From the NCBI RefSeq assembly GCF_018977255.1, contig NW_024704743.1:7566001-7630000 (forward strand): a stretch of DNA of 64,000 nt, read 5' to 3'. Origin of the DNA: Callorhinchus milii. Taxonomy: Eukaryota. Below the pieces are notes generated by a model. That model saw nothing but the letters and a program-made list of their open reading frames with translations, did no database searches and was not told where the DNA came from. A program made the position numbers and the translations under genes. Each line of letters starts with the position of its first letter. The stretch's first letter is position 1. This document shows positions 11,340 to 24,255 of this stretch, in pieces.

Positions 11340-12060
11340 GGTGAAGAAGGCCCTTTGATCTCATCTCCAGAATATCAATCCTGCCAACTTTCCTTGATAG
11401 CATCAAGCTGCTTGCTAAGTTAGTTCAGTGTCCTGGACCGAACCACTCTTCCTGGTAACTTGTTCCAGCTGTAGGTTATTCTCTGTGTAAAGAAATACTT
11501 CCTGGTGTCTGTCCTAAAATGGCCATACATAACCATGAACCAGTGGCCTCTGGTTCTGTGGTCTTTGGGAATCTGAAAATATTGTCCTGAGTTTACCTTC
11601 TCAATCCTATTTAGAAACTTACATATCTTCCATAGGAAAAGTAAAGTCTGAGAAGTTTCTTTTCAAGGCTGAAGTCCTGGCTCATCGGGTCATTTCCAAT
11701 TGCTCATCCTTCTAACAATGGGGATCCTCCTTGCTTGTCTCCTCCATGTTGCCTTTAGGGCCTGCAAGGCCCTCTAATGTAGCAGCGTCCAGAACCGTAC
11801 AGTTCTCCAGGTGCTGGCCGACCACAGCACAGTAAGGCTTGAGCATTTCTAGGAATCAAATTCAATTTATTTGATACGGCCAGTGGCCCAGCATCCTGAT
11901 TGCCTTTTTTATTGTTGCTTCACACATGGACACGGTGAACGACAATTCAACTAATACCCCTGGGTCTGATGCTATCCCATCGATGGAATGCACGTCCCCC
12001 TATTTTCTATATGCAGGTGCAGTGCTAAACATTGAATGTAATCTACCATCTGCTCTGACT
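11340..12060 (-). mobile_element. old CR1 LINE 3' fragment
   Basis: CTCTGTGTAAAGAAATACTTCC, TGGCCTCTGGTTCT (reverse of RTRGH), CCAGAACCGTACAGTTCTCCAGGTG (reverse of HLEYCVQFW-like). Confidence 0.8.
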
Positions 12061-13547
12061 TTACATTACCTTTTGTATAAGAAGTAATTGTTTATTTCCT
12101 ATGGGGGACATTTAAAAAATGCCCCGGAGTTTAACACAGTACTTTGTTGATGGGCCTGCAAAAGAGATTCTCAAAACATCTAAATGTCTAAAGACACGCT
12201 TTACTCGTGTGAACCAAAATTATTTCTAACACTGCTGAAAAAAAATGCAATACACAATCCAACTCCCTGTTAAGTGAACTCTGTAAATTGCACAGTTCCC
12301 CATTGTAATAATGGTAATGCCTGCATTGGACATAAAGCTTTATCAGGTCGCCAGGATGTCTCAAAGTGATTACAGGATTTACTGTAAAATATACGGACGG
12401 TATTTTGTAGGCAAACACAACAGCCAATTTGCGGACCGCAATGTCTCACCAACAACAACAATAAGTTGCATTTATATGGAGCCCTTCTTGCCAGACAGAG
12501 TCTTGGAGCGTTTTCGCCATGAAGTGAATTTTTCTCTGGAAGATTGTTGGCCAGGACACAGGGACCAAATTCTCTTTAACTTCCACTTAAGTAGGCAGGC
12601 AGTACCTCTGTTTAATGTCTCATTCAAACAATGGCACCTCCTACAATGCAGGACTCTCCAACCTCTGCATTGGAGTATCAGCCCAGACTGTGAATTCTAT
12701 GCATAGTTCAGTCACCTGGTTGATTTATGAGCTAGAGTTTGTAAACCTGTAATTGTTGGATTGATTTGGTTTGGCAATGATACTGCCCCGGATGGACATA
12801 AGAATGATAAGTCAGGCAGCATAATAATAGTGCCAACTTGATGGATAATAATTACGCAACAATACAGGTTGGCTGATCTGTAAAAGTAACTTTTGTTTCA
12901 CTATTACTAACGTTATGTCACTGAAATTGGCATTGGTGATTTAGTAATGCAATGCAGGAGGCTGCAATTACACAAACAGTATAATTGTAACTAAATGTCA
13001 TTGTTTCACTGAAGGAACAGAGGCTGAAAAAGGCAAATGGCTTGATTTTATATTTACTCACAGCAGATGTACTACCATAAGAACAAGTCCTGCATGTGCA
13101 TTTACAGATATTCCCCACATTTCTCAGGTTCTCGTCTTATTTGTCTTCTGATTCCCATAATTGGGAATAAATTCTCTTGTGCTAACTCTCCATATGCCAA
13201 TCTAGATCTCTAATGCAATGTGCTATGAAAGAGATGGCAGAGAACGAACACACCACCTAGAGGCTGCCAATTCAGCCTAACATCAGGTGCTATGCCATCC
13301 ATTTTCATGTAAGCGCTCTGGGAAGCTTGAAGGGCGCTATATAAATGCAAGTTGTTGTTAGAACGTTCTGAGGTACTGTATCAGTCTGTTGTTATTTCTC
13401 AAAAGTAGGGAATTTTAGAAACTAGTCTTAAACTCTGTCTTAATTTGGAAGCCAATTTCCCACCTATTTTTGTGGGGGCGGGGAAGCGAGCAGGGGCTGT
13501 GTGGAAAAACAGCTTCACAATCACAATAAACCAAGACTGATTTTTTT

Positions 13548-13728
13548 TAAGGAAATATTACCCCTGGAAAAGCAATCGCCAATTGACCAACAACCAGGTT
13601 CCTACTTATTGCTAGGTAAACAGAGATGTGTGGAGTAAGGAAACTTGCCCAACATTTTGCCCTGTAGGGAATCAAACCCAGGTCTCTCGCTTGCGAGGCG
13701 AGTGCTCTAACAACTGAGATGCAGGACA
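13548..13728 (-). mobile_element. SINE 5' half (tRNA head + Nin-like domain)
   Basis: Matches the long-form head. Confidence 0.85.
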
Positions 13729-13939
13729 CATGTCTATTGCTATTATATTGGTCTTTTATGCCCCGTTGAACCGTAGAGTCTTTGATGTATTTAAATTATG
13801 CACCACCGATTAGTCTTTAGATACCATGTACTGTAAGGTTGGCCTGGACTTCCTTCAGCATGTTAACTTCCTTGTTTTGCAAGCCTTTTAAAGTCAGTTT
13901 TAATTCAGTGCCAAACTAAATAGTTTTAAAGCCCATTTA

Positions 13940-14412
13940 CTTGTAGTAGTCTTGCATTTGACATAACACCAAAATAATACTTGCACTTCTAAATACCGTC
14001 TTATTATGTAATTGAATGTCTCGAAGCACTTCACAGGATTTATTGTAAAGTGTAGTGACTGTGTATTTGTAAGTGAACACAGCAGCCAATTTGCACATGA
14101 CAATGTCCCACAAACAGCCATGAAGTGATAACCAATTTTATCTGAGAATTGTTGGCCAGGACACAAGGAGAAGCTCCCTCCACTTTTCAGATAGTACCAT
14201 GGGATCTTTAGCATCCACCAGAACAGACAGTCAGGACATCAATTTAACATCTCATTCGAAGGACGGCAACTCTAACAATGCAGGGCTCTCCCAGCACTAC
14301 ACTGGAATATCAGCCTATGACCTAAACTACACTGTGAACTCAAATTCCGGACCTGGGGCTTGAATTCACAAACCTTCTGACTGAGAGGCAACCAACTAAG
14401 TCAAGGCTGATG
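13940..14412 (-). mobile_element. near full-length older DeuSINE
   Basis: Tail, Deu core, CCATGGGATCTTTAGCATCCACC, and head GGGGCTTGAATTCACAAACCTTCTGACT. Confidence 0.85.
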
Positions 14413-16911
14413 TGAATTCAGCCCTTTCTGTTATTGCATCAAACTAGATTCTCCACTTCATGTGGTTTTAATTAATATCAAACATTTTCCTGAGAGGTGT
14501 CTGAAGGAACAGGGTGCTGTAAAAGATGTGCCAGATACCTGAAAAAAAATCCTGTTGACTTTGACGTAATTGTAATTATTTCACTGTAACAGAACAGAAA
14601 TACCCTGGTGAAAATATACAGGACTATTGGGTGAATGTCCAGCTTAATGTCTATATCCTGGCTAAGACATTCTCCTCACTCTCTAATATACGTTCACATC
14701 AGTCCTTCGTAAAAGGAGCCATGTAAGCATTTATGTGGTCTCTTAGCCAGCACATGAAGAACTCTAAAATTCTAAACCAAAAGTTAATAAAAATAAATTA
14801 TTCCCCTTTAAAAGACAAGAAGACCAGACAGAGGAATAACAGAATATTTTCCCATTGGACCCATTGCTTTCTCTTAAGAGTATGTAATTTCACATGCCAC
14901 AGAGACCACAAAGCAATATCACATCCATATAGTTACTAGACTTCAGAATTGTAGTCTTATGCAAGACTCTTTCCCATCCAACTTTCCCCTAATTTCTTTA
15001 TCTCCCTGGACTACAAAGCAACTGTGGTATGTCCATCATGCCAGTTGGAGCTGTCTAACACCTTACCTAAAGAATAGCACTGGGATGATTTCCCCAACCA
15101 TGAAACTCTTTAAGAAAGTGATTCCATTCTGACAAGCTACATGACTGGGAGTACAAATTCAACAAAGAAGGATCAAACCTGAATCCCAGTCATCTGAGGA
15201 ACCAGAAAGATTAAATCTGATATATATTAAATCTGGAATATTTTGCCATTGAAACTAACAACAAGAAAAATTTGCATTTATATAGCGCCTTTCATATCTT
15301 GAGGACATCTCAAAGTGCTTCACACAGCTGACTGGACTGGAGAGGAGCTACCTCACACCCCACCTCCCCCCCCCCCCACCCCACCTGTGAAGAGCACTAT
15401 GTAAATGCAAGTTGTTGTAGTTGTTGTGGAAGCAGAAAGCTGAGGGGAGGGGGGAAAGTATCATAATTTCATAGATAAGTATCATAGTTTTCTGGTGGGT
15501 TTTGAAGGCAGGAAAGGGACAAGGCAGAGGAACCCTGGGAAGGAGTTTTAAGATTTAAAAGGAAATTGGACAAATATTTTAATATGAGTAACATCAAGGA
15601 TACAAGCAAAGAGGAAGGAATTGGAATTCGTTATTTTCCAATGGAGGAGCTTATATGCGAATGGACTCGATGGGGCAAATAACTTCCTTGCGTGCTGTAA
15701 TCTCTGTGATTCTGTGACATGTATTTGTATCAGAAATTGTTAACGCAATAAAATACATGCAGTTTATTTCATATTTCCAAATAAATTGAATGCTGTCTGA
15801 TTGAACAAATCTTTAACCTGCCTTGAACAGGCTGGTATGACTAGTTAACAAGACACACTTCATTACATTACAGTGATTGATGTACCCTCTGAGCTGAAGG
15901 AGCTGCTATGTTACTCAGTAGAAGTTTTAAAGATCCCTGACCCCAAAGATTTATGCAATAATAAAGGGTAAAGGGTACATATAACACAGATTTTACTGCG
16001 CAAGTGATAGCTTTGACAGGAAGCAAGACCAAGTGATATAATAACCTGTAATATGTGAACATTAGACTGAACACAGGCCTGTGAATTTTACTTTATGTCA
16101 ATAGAAAAAAAATTGTGAGGTGGTTTAACTGATGTAATCTTTAGATTGCATAAATCAGTTCCACAAACTGACTTTAAGTTTGCAATGACTATGTTCCCTG
16201 CAAAATTCACTACACTACACCTTACAGATATCACGTGAAGCACTTTGAGATGTCCTCCAGACGTGAAAGGCACTATATAAATGTAATAATAATCCTAGTA
16301 TTTGATAAACTGTGTTATCATGTCGATGAGAAGTCACAGAATATACTGTAAAGTGAATTTTGTGGGCGAAATGCAGCAGCCAATTGCGCACAGCAGTGGC
16401 AGTGTCCCACAAACAGTCGTGGATTGAGTATGATATAAACTGTAAATTATACTGTAAAGGCAGCTTCCAAATTAACAATAACAATAAAAATAATAATCCT
16501 TACATTTGATATAGAGCCTTATCACGTCATGAAGCCGTCTCAAAGCACAGGATATACTCACAAGCACTCCGAGACACTGCCCCGCATGAAGGGTGCGATG
16601 TAAATGCAAGTTGTTGTTGTTGTTGTTGTTATACTATAAAGTGGATTGACTATATAATTTATGGGCAAAACACAGCAGCCAGTTTGCACAAAGCAATTGA
16701 CAGAAATGACTTGTGAAGCTCTTTAAGATGTTTCATTGTAATAAGATGCTATAAAATCTCTTTCTTATTTCCTATGATAAATAGATATTGGAAAACATTA
16801 GCAATTGGCAAATGCTAGGCAAATCCTTCAAGCACATTTTCGCCACACAGTAGCAGATTTGTGATACTCTAAAAGCAGGTACACTGAGTCAATTATTACC
16901 TCCTTTACCTT

Positions 16912-17130
16912 TTGGTCAGTTGGGTGTCTGACAAAGGGGAAACCTATCACTGTTGCTTAAAAATATCCAAACCAGACTGAGAATTCCACAAATATATGCC
17001 AACTACACATGGAAATTTTCTTGTGCCTGGAATGGAACGGAAAGCGCACTTTCTTGCCCGAAGAAGTAGTCTTACTTATCTAATTCCAGAGAGTGTTAGG
17101 CGCAGGTTGGCAAGAGCCAAGTTTTGGGGA
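16912..17130 (+). repeat. unclassified dispersed repeat (related copies at 29190-29265 +, 48830-48950 -, 61765-61975 +)
   Basis: Shared motifs GGTCAG.TGGGTGT(C/T)TGACA...GGAAA...TGCTTAA..(A/G).ATCCAAACCA(G/A)ACTGAGA and (G/A)AGT(G/A)TTAGGC(G/A)CAGGTTGGCAAGAGCCAAG. Confidence 0.75.
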
Positions 17131-18281
17131 CCGTAGAGTGTATATTGGGTTACTTGCTGGAGTTTAACCAGCTAAAGCTGCATAACTTGCCATTGATATC
17201 ACTGCCTGACATGTTTCTTGTTGTTTCTCCAGCCTGCCTGTTAGGGCTTTGGGTTGCAGAGTTAATAGGAGCTGAGTGGGAAGAATCCCTGCTCTAGTCT
17301 GTCATCAGCAGTGACCTGGAGAACTGCAGACCTGCCTGGCTCAGGAACCAGACTATTGAACATTCTGTTGCCCGGCAAGTCACCTTGCAGCCAGCTCAGC
17401 TCCAAGGAGACACTGCCTACCTCCTCATCAAACACGATGGTCATTAATTAGTAATTTGACATCTGACAAATGTAGGTTTGACCCTTCATTAGATGGACGG
17501 CAAGTATCAAAAGTTACCTGGTGGACAACACAGCTCAGCAGGAACTATGCGAGAGCACTGCACCATCTTCCTTCTCACGTAGTGAGATGCTTCACATAGT
17601 GTGACATCTTGGAGTGCTTTATACATACAGCGTCAAACACTGAGTAGAAGCGAGGGGAGAGGCGGAGCGGGGAAGTGGAAAGGGAAGGGACCGCAGAGTA
17701 TATGTTGGGTTACTTGCTGGAGTTTAACCAGCTAAAACTGCATAACTTGCCATTGACATCACTGGCATATTTCTTGTTGTTTGTCTAGCTAAGATCAGCC
17801 TGCCTGTTAGGGCTTTTTTTTGACAGCCAAATTTGCTGTCGAAGAAATAGGTTTTTAAGATAGATATAGAGAGGGAATGAGACAGAGGGAGGAAGTTGCA
17901 GATGTTAGGGGTGTTGTGACTGATGGTAGCCTGAAGAAGTTAGAAGATACAGAGCAAGCCCGAGTTTACCAAACAGAGGGGGCGAGCAGAAGAATGAGGA
18001 AGAAAAAAAATCAAAGAGATGCTAGGGTGTGGAGGGATCTGTAGGTGAGGGTGAGGATATTGAAATAAGGAGACATTGGAGCCTGGCAGAAATTGGATAA
18101 GGGCCGAGCGAAATTTGGGAACATGTAAGGATGCAGGCAGCAGAGTTTGGGATAGGTTTTGGTTTATGGATGGTGGAGCTAGGGAGACCAGTGTGGAGTG
18201 CATTGGAAAAGGATAAGTATTAGAAAAGTATAAACAAGACAATCACCCCCTTCCAATCCAATTCGGCAAAGTACTAATACA

Positions 18282-18588
18282 GGAGTCCTGTAACTCAGTG
18301 GTAGAGCACTCACCTCGCAAGTGAGAGACCTGGGTTTGATTCCTGGAAGGGCGAAACCTTAGGCAAGTTTCCTTACTCCACACGCCTGATAATAATGCCT
18401 CAAGAAAAAAATCAATAATAAAATTGGTCACTTCAATCCATGACTGTTTGTGGGACACTGCTGGGCGCAATTGGCTTCCGCATTTCGCCCACAAATATCG
18501 AGTCAATTCACTTTACAGTATATTCTGTGAAGTACATTGAGACGTCTAGAGGACGTGATAAGGCACTATATCAAATGCAAGGATTATA
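18282..18588 (+). mobile_element. SINE, short form, full length
   Basis: Complete head, Deu-like core and tail. Confidence 0.92.
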
Positions 18589-19433
18589 ACTCCAAGGTCA
18601 CCCCATAACCATATCATGATATATATAAATGTATATATACTGAAAATTATAATAATAATCCTTGCATTTAATATAGTGTCTTATCACATTGTCAAAATGT
18701 CTCAAAGCACTTCAAAGGATTTTATCGTAAAGTGTATTCACTGTGCATTTGTAGGTAAACTCGGCAGCCAATTTGTGCACAGCTCCATAAATACCCATGT
18801 TCAATTTTATGTGGCAGATTATTGGCCAGAACATCAGGAGAAACACCCTTACAAAGATTACAAAACTCGTCTTGGTGATTTCATATGTTTCTGATAACGC
18901 TTCCTGTGGGGTGAAAGAGCATTCCTTAGAAAGCCGATAGATCTTGTCACCGCTCTCATGAAAGAGCTGTTCTGTTGCTTTCTGCTGTCAGAGTATCCAT
19001 TATTTGAAACCCCAATTCAATAAAAAAAAGTGTGGTGATGAACGGTCCTCTCAGGGAGGTCAGGTAGCCCAGTTTTGCTTCTTGTGCTCAACTCAAAACA
19101 TAAACTCAAGAAGCAAGAGTGAAGGCTCATATTTCATATCAGGGAGAGGTAGCTTGAAAAATATCTTCCTCAAGACTCAGAGGACAGAATCTTCTCTTTC
19201 TGATACCTAGGCCCCCAGTCTCCCGCCAAGCCTCAACAACACCTAATGCAGGCTTTTGGTTCATTGAGTTCATTTCAGTTTGGAGAGAAACTATTTTTAA
19301 TAAAGAGGAGAAAAAGTACTCAGGAGAGGATTTAAGTTGGCACAATCTGTGCCCACCGCCATATTCACCATCCACTGTATAAAATCATGAAATCTGATAG
19401 TTTGTTCACCGTCACGTTCTGTTATCCTACATA

Positions 19434-19829
19434 CAGTTCAGCCTTGTTATAGTGCGTTTCACTATAGTGTGAATTCACTTAGACTCTGAAACCCGTTCAT
19501 TGAACACACACTTAGTTGGCCCGCATCTTTCCCGGGTGCCAGTCAGCTTGTTGCTCTAAACTGAGCGCCTTTAGGTTTTGTTAGGTTCCCGCCAGGACAC
19601 TTTCTTTCCTGTGTGTGGGATTTTAGCTTCTCGTGCTAAAAAATATGGACGATGTCCAGGTCACCAAAAACATCACGACCCACTTTGCACATGTTCAGAA
19701 AAGAGGAAGTGATGCAATGACTCAAAGACCCACAAATCAGTCATGTTTTTTAATCTGCTATCGAGTCCTGCTATAACCCGGGTGGGATTTAACGTATCCC
19801 AAACTTTGCCTTATTACAAGCCGGACCTG
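19434..19829. mobile_element. degenerate Tc1/pogo(Tigger)-like non-autonomous DNA transposon
   Basis: TA|CAGTTCAGCCTTGTTATA at the left end and TATTACAAGCCGGACCTG at the right end form imperfect TIRs starting CAG. Internal CTATAACCCG and CACTATAGTG repeats. Confidence 0.5.
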
Positions 19830-19933
19830 CAGTAATATTGTTATCTTGTGAAAGGTATAATAATAATAATCCTTGCATTTGATATAGCACCCTGCTTACA
19901 TAAGAATGACAAAGAGCAATGGACAATTCTGCT

Positions 19934-19951
19934 ATATATATATATATATAT
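19934..19951. repeat. (TA)n microsatellite
   Basis: Direct read. Confidence 0.9.
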
Positions 19952-20621
19952 GATACATATAGTCAAGGCCGTCTTTCACATGAGATGTTAAACCGAGATC
20001 CCGTGTGACTGTTCAGGTTCACCTTAAAGATTTCACGGCACTATTCAAAAAAGATAATTCAATTTCTCCCGGTATCCTGGCCAACAATCCCCAAGATAAA
20101 ATTGATTATTCATTTCACGGCTCCATTGTGGGGCTCTGTTGTGCATAAAATGGCTGCTGCGTTCACCTACAAAATACACAGTCACTACACTTCCCAGTAA
20201 ATCCTGTGAAATGCTTGAGACGTTTCGATGACATAAGGCGTCATATCAAACGCAAGGATTTCCATTATTAACACACTAACACTGAAAGAAAAATAAGTAA
20301 TGGAACAACCTACACTAAATATATACAGCTTTTCCTTTAAAAAAAAGCAATTATTTCCGATAATGAAAATACATCTGCTGCAAAGATAACAGTGAGAGGA
20401 TTGGTGCCATCAATCACCAGGGATTACACAGTCAGCATAAAGTTTCCAATTCCATTTCACTGCTTTCTCCAGGACTGAAGTGTAACATGCAGTTTAAATT
20501 TAGAAATTCGTAGTGTATCAATCAGGAATTTTCCTGCATGTGCTGAAGACACATGCCCCCTCCGCCATCTCCCTCCCAACACCATCCTCAACTCCATAAT
20601 CCTTTGAGATCAGAAACTCGT

Positions 20622-20862
20622 GGAGTCCTGTAGCGGATTGGTTAGAGCTCTTGCCTTGGAAGCGATGGGATCTGGGTTTGATTTCTGAGCAGGGCAAAAT
20701 GTTAGGCAAATTTCCTTACTCCACTTGCCTCTATTTACCTCGCAGTAAGTAGGAACCCGGATGTACATAATATATGTAATCCACTTTACAATATATGCTG
20801 TGAAGTGCTTTGAGACGTCTCAAAAACGTGATAAGGCCCTACATCAAATGCAAGGATTATTA
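20622..20862 (+). mobile_element. SINE with internal deletion of the Deu core
   Basis: Head and Nin-like domain are joined almost directly to the tail. Confidence 0.8.
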
Positions 20863-21751
20863 CATAACAAAAACCTACAAAGCACAAAGAGCAACAACAA
20901 CAAGTCTTGTTGTGGATTTTCTCTGCAGAGTCTAGAAAGTTTCCATTCTTCCTCTCCCCCTCCATACTGGCAGCAGAACCTAAATAAAACAGACTTTGTC
21001 TATCCTCCACAGCACTGCAGATCTCTACAGGAATGAAAGTACTCATTCAATCCAGATTTACGATCGTAATGTATATTAAAAAAGATTCAATACAGAGGAT
21101 CCAGTCACTGGCTGCGATAGACAGCCTCCTGCAGCTAGACTCCAGTACAGGAAAAGAGCTTTAAATCCTGGAGAAGAGAGGTTAGAAAGTTTAAAATAAG
21201 CATGTCTCCTCACTTGACATTATGCTAAAATATACATTAAATCTATTTCTTCTTTCTTTCCATCCTTGCTGGTTCTTATCTTATTTCTTATTCCTCATAT
21301 TTCTTCCCATTGAAAATGCTTACACCCAGTCTACACACAGTGAAAGTTTAATCTGGTAGCAGAGGCTCCCCTCAGATTAAAAACTCTAGACAACTAGATT
21401 TATACTTCCTATTCTGAGCGGCTAGACAAATGTAAACCTTTAACCTGGTAACAGAGAGCCTCTGTTTAGATTAAAATGATTCCAGTTAACAAACCTACTG
21501 CCAGATACCATTCATGAATGATATACAGCGCTATTCAGGTTTTTAGTGGCAATGGTGTTCAGTTAAAAAAGTGGACATTTCTGTCACTTCTATTGCAGTT
21601 GTCCAATTTTCCAGTGGCACTGTTGAGCGCAGTAGTGTCTTGCTGTGACAATGTAAAACAATAAGCTTACATTGTGTTGTGACAATGCAAGACAGATATT
21701 TCACCTCGATACAATCATTTTATCTTAAATATATTTAAAATCATGCAGAAC

Positions 21752-22132
21752 TGGGGAAACGTCTTCCAATCAGTCTTAATTTGAAGCCCGTTTTCCGCAG
21801 TTAACCGGCTTCCAAATTAAGACTGGACTTAAGAATTTTCATCATCAATTCTGTCCAATCTTAATATTTACAACAATTATTTATATGCTCAAAATTCTAA
21901 AAAGCAATAGTATTATTGGTAGAGACGAGGTGGAATTCTGAACCTCTAGGCTCCAAGGAAATATCTGTTAATCTCAATCTCACAACTCTGGTTCTAAAAC
22001 TATTTTGACTTCAAATTTAAGATTGCACAGAATTGTCCTAATGCTTAGATTCGGTCTTAATTTAGAAGACGATGTTTTTTAAGGTATCCAGAAAACTGAC
22101 TTACAAGTTGACTGAATTTAAGAAATCTTCCC
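21752..22132. mobile_element. fold-back / MITE-like palindromic element
   Basis: Imperfect terminal IR GGGGAAACGTCTTCCAATCAGTC / GACTGAATTTAAGAAATCTTCCC. Internal hairpin CAGTCTTAATTTGAAGCC...GGCTTCCAAATTAAGACTG. Confidence 0.6.
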
Positions 22133-22194
22133 AATGCACGATAATAACTTTTAAGGCAATTGCCTTAGACGCTAAGATTGAGTGGTAGAGCTGT

Positions 22195-23165
22195 CAACCT
22201 TTCTCAGTTGGGAGCACTCTTGCCTCTGAGTCAAAAGGTTCTGGGTTCAAGCCTCACATTGGGACTCTGAATTCATAAATCTAGGCTGATACTCCAATGC
22301 AATGCTGCGGGTTTGCTAGGCTGTTGGAAATGCTGGTAATTCCGATTAGATAGTAAATAGAGGAACCGTTTGCCTGCTTAGGTGGATGCTAAAGATCCCA
22401 TGGCACTATTCAACAACAACAATAACATCAACAACAAAATTACACTTGTGTAGCACCTTTCACGTTGGGAGGACGTCCCAAGGCGCTGGACAGACAGAGT
22501 TTCGGACTGAGCTGGGGGTCAGGGGTCGGGATCGGGGAGGGTGGAGGGCAATGGGGGGGGAAGCAGAGAGATCGAAAGCGCGGTCGAAGAAGAGAGCCTT
22601 TACATGGGTCTTGAAGGTGGTAAGGGAGGGAGCGAGGCAGAGGGACTGGGGGATGGAGTTCCAGAGGGTGGGGGCAGAGTGGCAGAAGGCCCGCCCACCA
22701 ATAGTGGGACAAACGAGGCGGGAGACGTGAAGCAGGCTGGAGCCCGCTGAGCGGAGGGAGCGAGCAGGATGGTAGGGGGAATAGGAGGTCGCAGAGGTAG
22801 GGGGGAGCAAGACGGTGGAGGGCTTTGAAAGGTGAGGACCAGGATGTTGAACTGTATCCTCTGTGTGAAGTGAAGCCAGTGGCGTTGGGCGAGATATGAG
22901 GGTAATAGGGTTACGGAGCCTGGTGCAGGAGTGGACACGGGCTGCAGAATTCTGGATGCTCTGCAGCTTATGGAGGGAGGAATTGGGGAGGCCGACAAGC
23001 AAGGAGTTTGCATAATCAAGCCTCAAAACAAGAAAGGAGTTTCACTCGGTATCCTGGCCAACATTCCTTCAAATATAATTTGGCAATCATTCTAAGGCTA
23101 TGGGATGTTCCTATGTGGAATTTGGTTGCCGCATTTGCCTGCAAAAGTCACTACACTACACAGTA
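22195..23165 (+). mobile_element. older DeuSINE split by an L2 insertion
   Basis: Head and body run from 22195 to 22411 (...ATGGCACTATTC). The body resumes at ~23025 (AAAACAAGAAAGGAGTTTC). Confidence 0.8.
22412..23022 (-). mobile_element. L2 LINE 3' fragment (ORF2 C-terminus + 3'UTR, (TTG)n end)
   Basis: RLDYANSLLVGLPNSSLHKLQSIQNSAAR...GGRAFCHSAPTLWNSIPQSL...FKTHVKALFFDRAF, the L2 ORF2 C-terminal signature. Confidence 0.95.
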
Positions 23166-23239
23166 TGATGCTGTCCTGCTGATCGCTCCTCCAGGTCTCT
23201 GCGTGCGCGTTTTGGCTGCTGCCCGACCTGAGCCGCTCC

Positions 23240-23818
23240 CCCTAGAAATGCTCCTTGTCCTACCACCGCTCTATCTGCTACTCCCACTCGACCCTTTTCT
23301 CCCACCACCCTCCACTATTCACAAAATTCAGCTCATTCAAAACTCCGCCGCCTGCATTCTCACCCGCACTGAACTGCGTAACCCAATTACTCCAGTCCTT
23401 GCCAAACTCCACTGACTCCTGTCACAGAGCAGATCAACTTCAAGATCCTCACTCTAGTATTTAAATCCCTCCATTCTTGGTACCCCCCTATCTCTCTAAC
23501 CTCCTCTCTCCCCACAGCAGTACCCGTTGCCTCCGCTCTACTGGCCGGCCTCCTCCGTGTCCCTCGAATCTTCCAGTCCACCATCGGCGGCCGTGCCTTC
23601 AGCCACTACGCCCCAAAACTTTGGAAGTCCCTCACTCAACCCCTTTGCCTCATCTCCTCCTTCCCTATCTTTAGGTCGCACCTGAAGACCTTCCTCTTCG
23701 ATTGCGCCTACGGTCACCTTCCCCCTGCCCATTGGCTCGGTCTCGGGTCCGCCAATGTTAAACGCTCTGAGACGCCACCCGGCGTGGAGGGCACTATATA
23801 AATGCAAGTTGTTGTTGT
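23240..23818 (+). mobile_element. L2 LINE 3' fragment (second subfamily)
   Basis: TIHKIQLIQNSAACILTRTELRNPITPVLAKLH, then GGCGGCCGTGCCTTCAGCCACTACGCCCC, ending TATAAATGCAAGTTGTTGTTG. Confidence 0.93.
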
Positions 23819-23871
23819 ATCTGTGAAATGCTTTGAGCCATCTCGCCAATGTGAACGATACTGTGATAAAT

Positions 23872-24255
23872 TATAATAATAATCCTTGCATTTGATATAG
23901 CGCCTTATCTCTTCTTTGAGACTTCTCAATGCGTTTCACAGAATATACTATAAAGTGAATTGATTGTATATTATGGCTGCCAATTGTGCACAGCAGGTCC
24001 TACAAAGAGTCATGTTTTGAGTGACCAAATTATTATTATTATTTTATTTTATTTTTGAAGGGATTATTACAACAACAACAAAATTACATTTGTATGGCAT
24101 CTTTCACGTCGAGAGGATGTCCCAAGGCGCTGAATTACCCCCGGAAAAGCGATCCGCCTATCGACTAACAATCAGGTTCCGACTTACTGCTAGGTAAACA
24201 GAGGCGTGTGGAGTAAGGAAACTTGCCCAGTGTTTCGCCCTGCCCGGGAATCGAC
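23872..24255 (-). mobile_element. SINE long form containing a ~62-nt L2-tail stub
   Basis: Stub at ~24071-24133 is flanked by ATTAC direct repeats. Confidence 0.85.
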
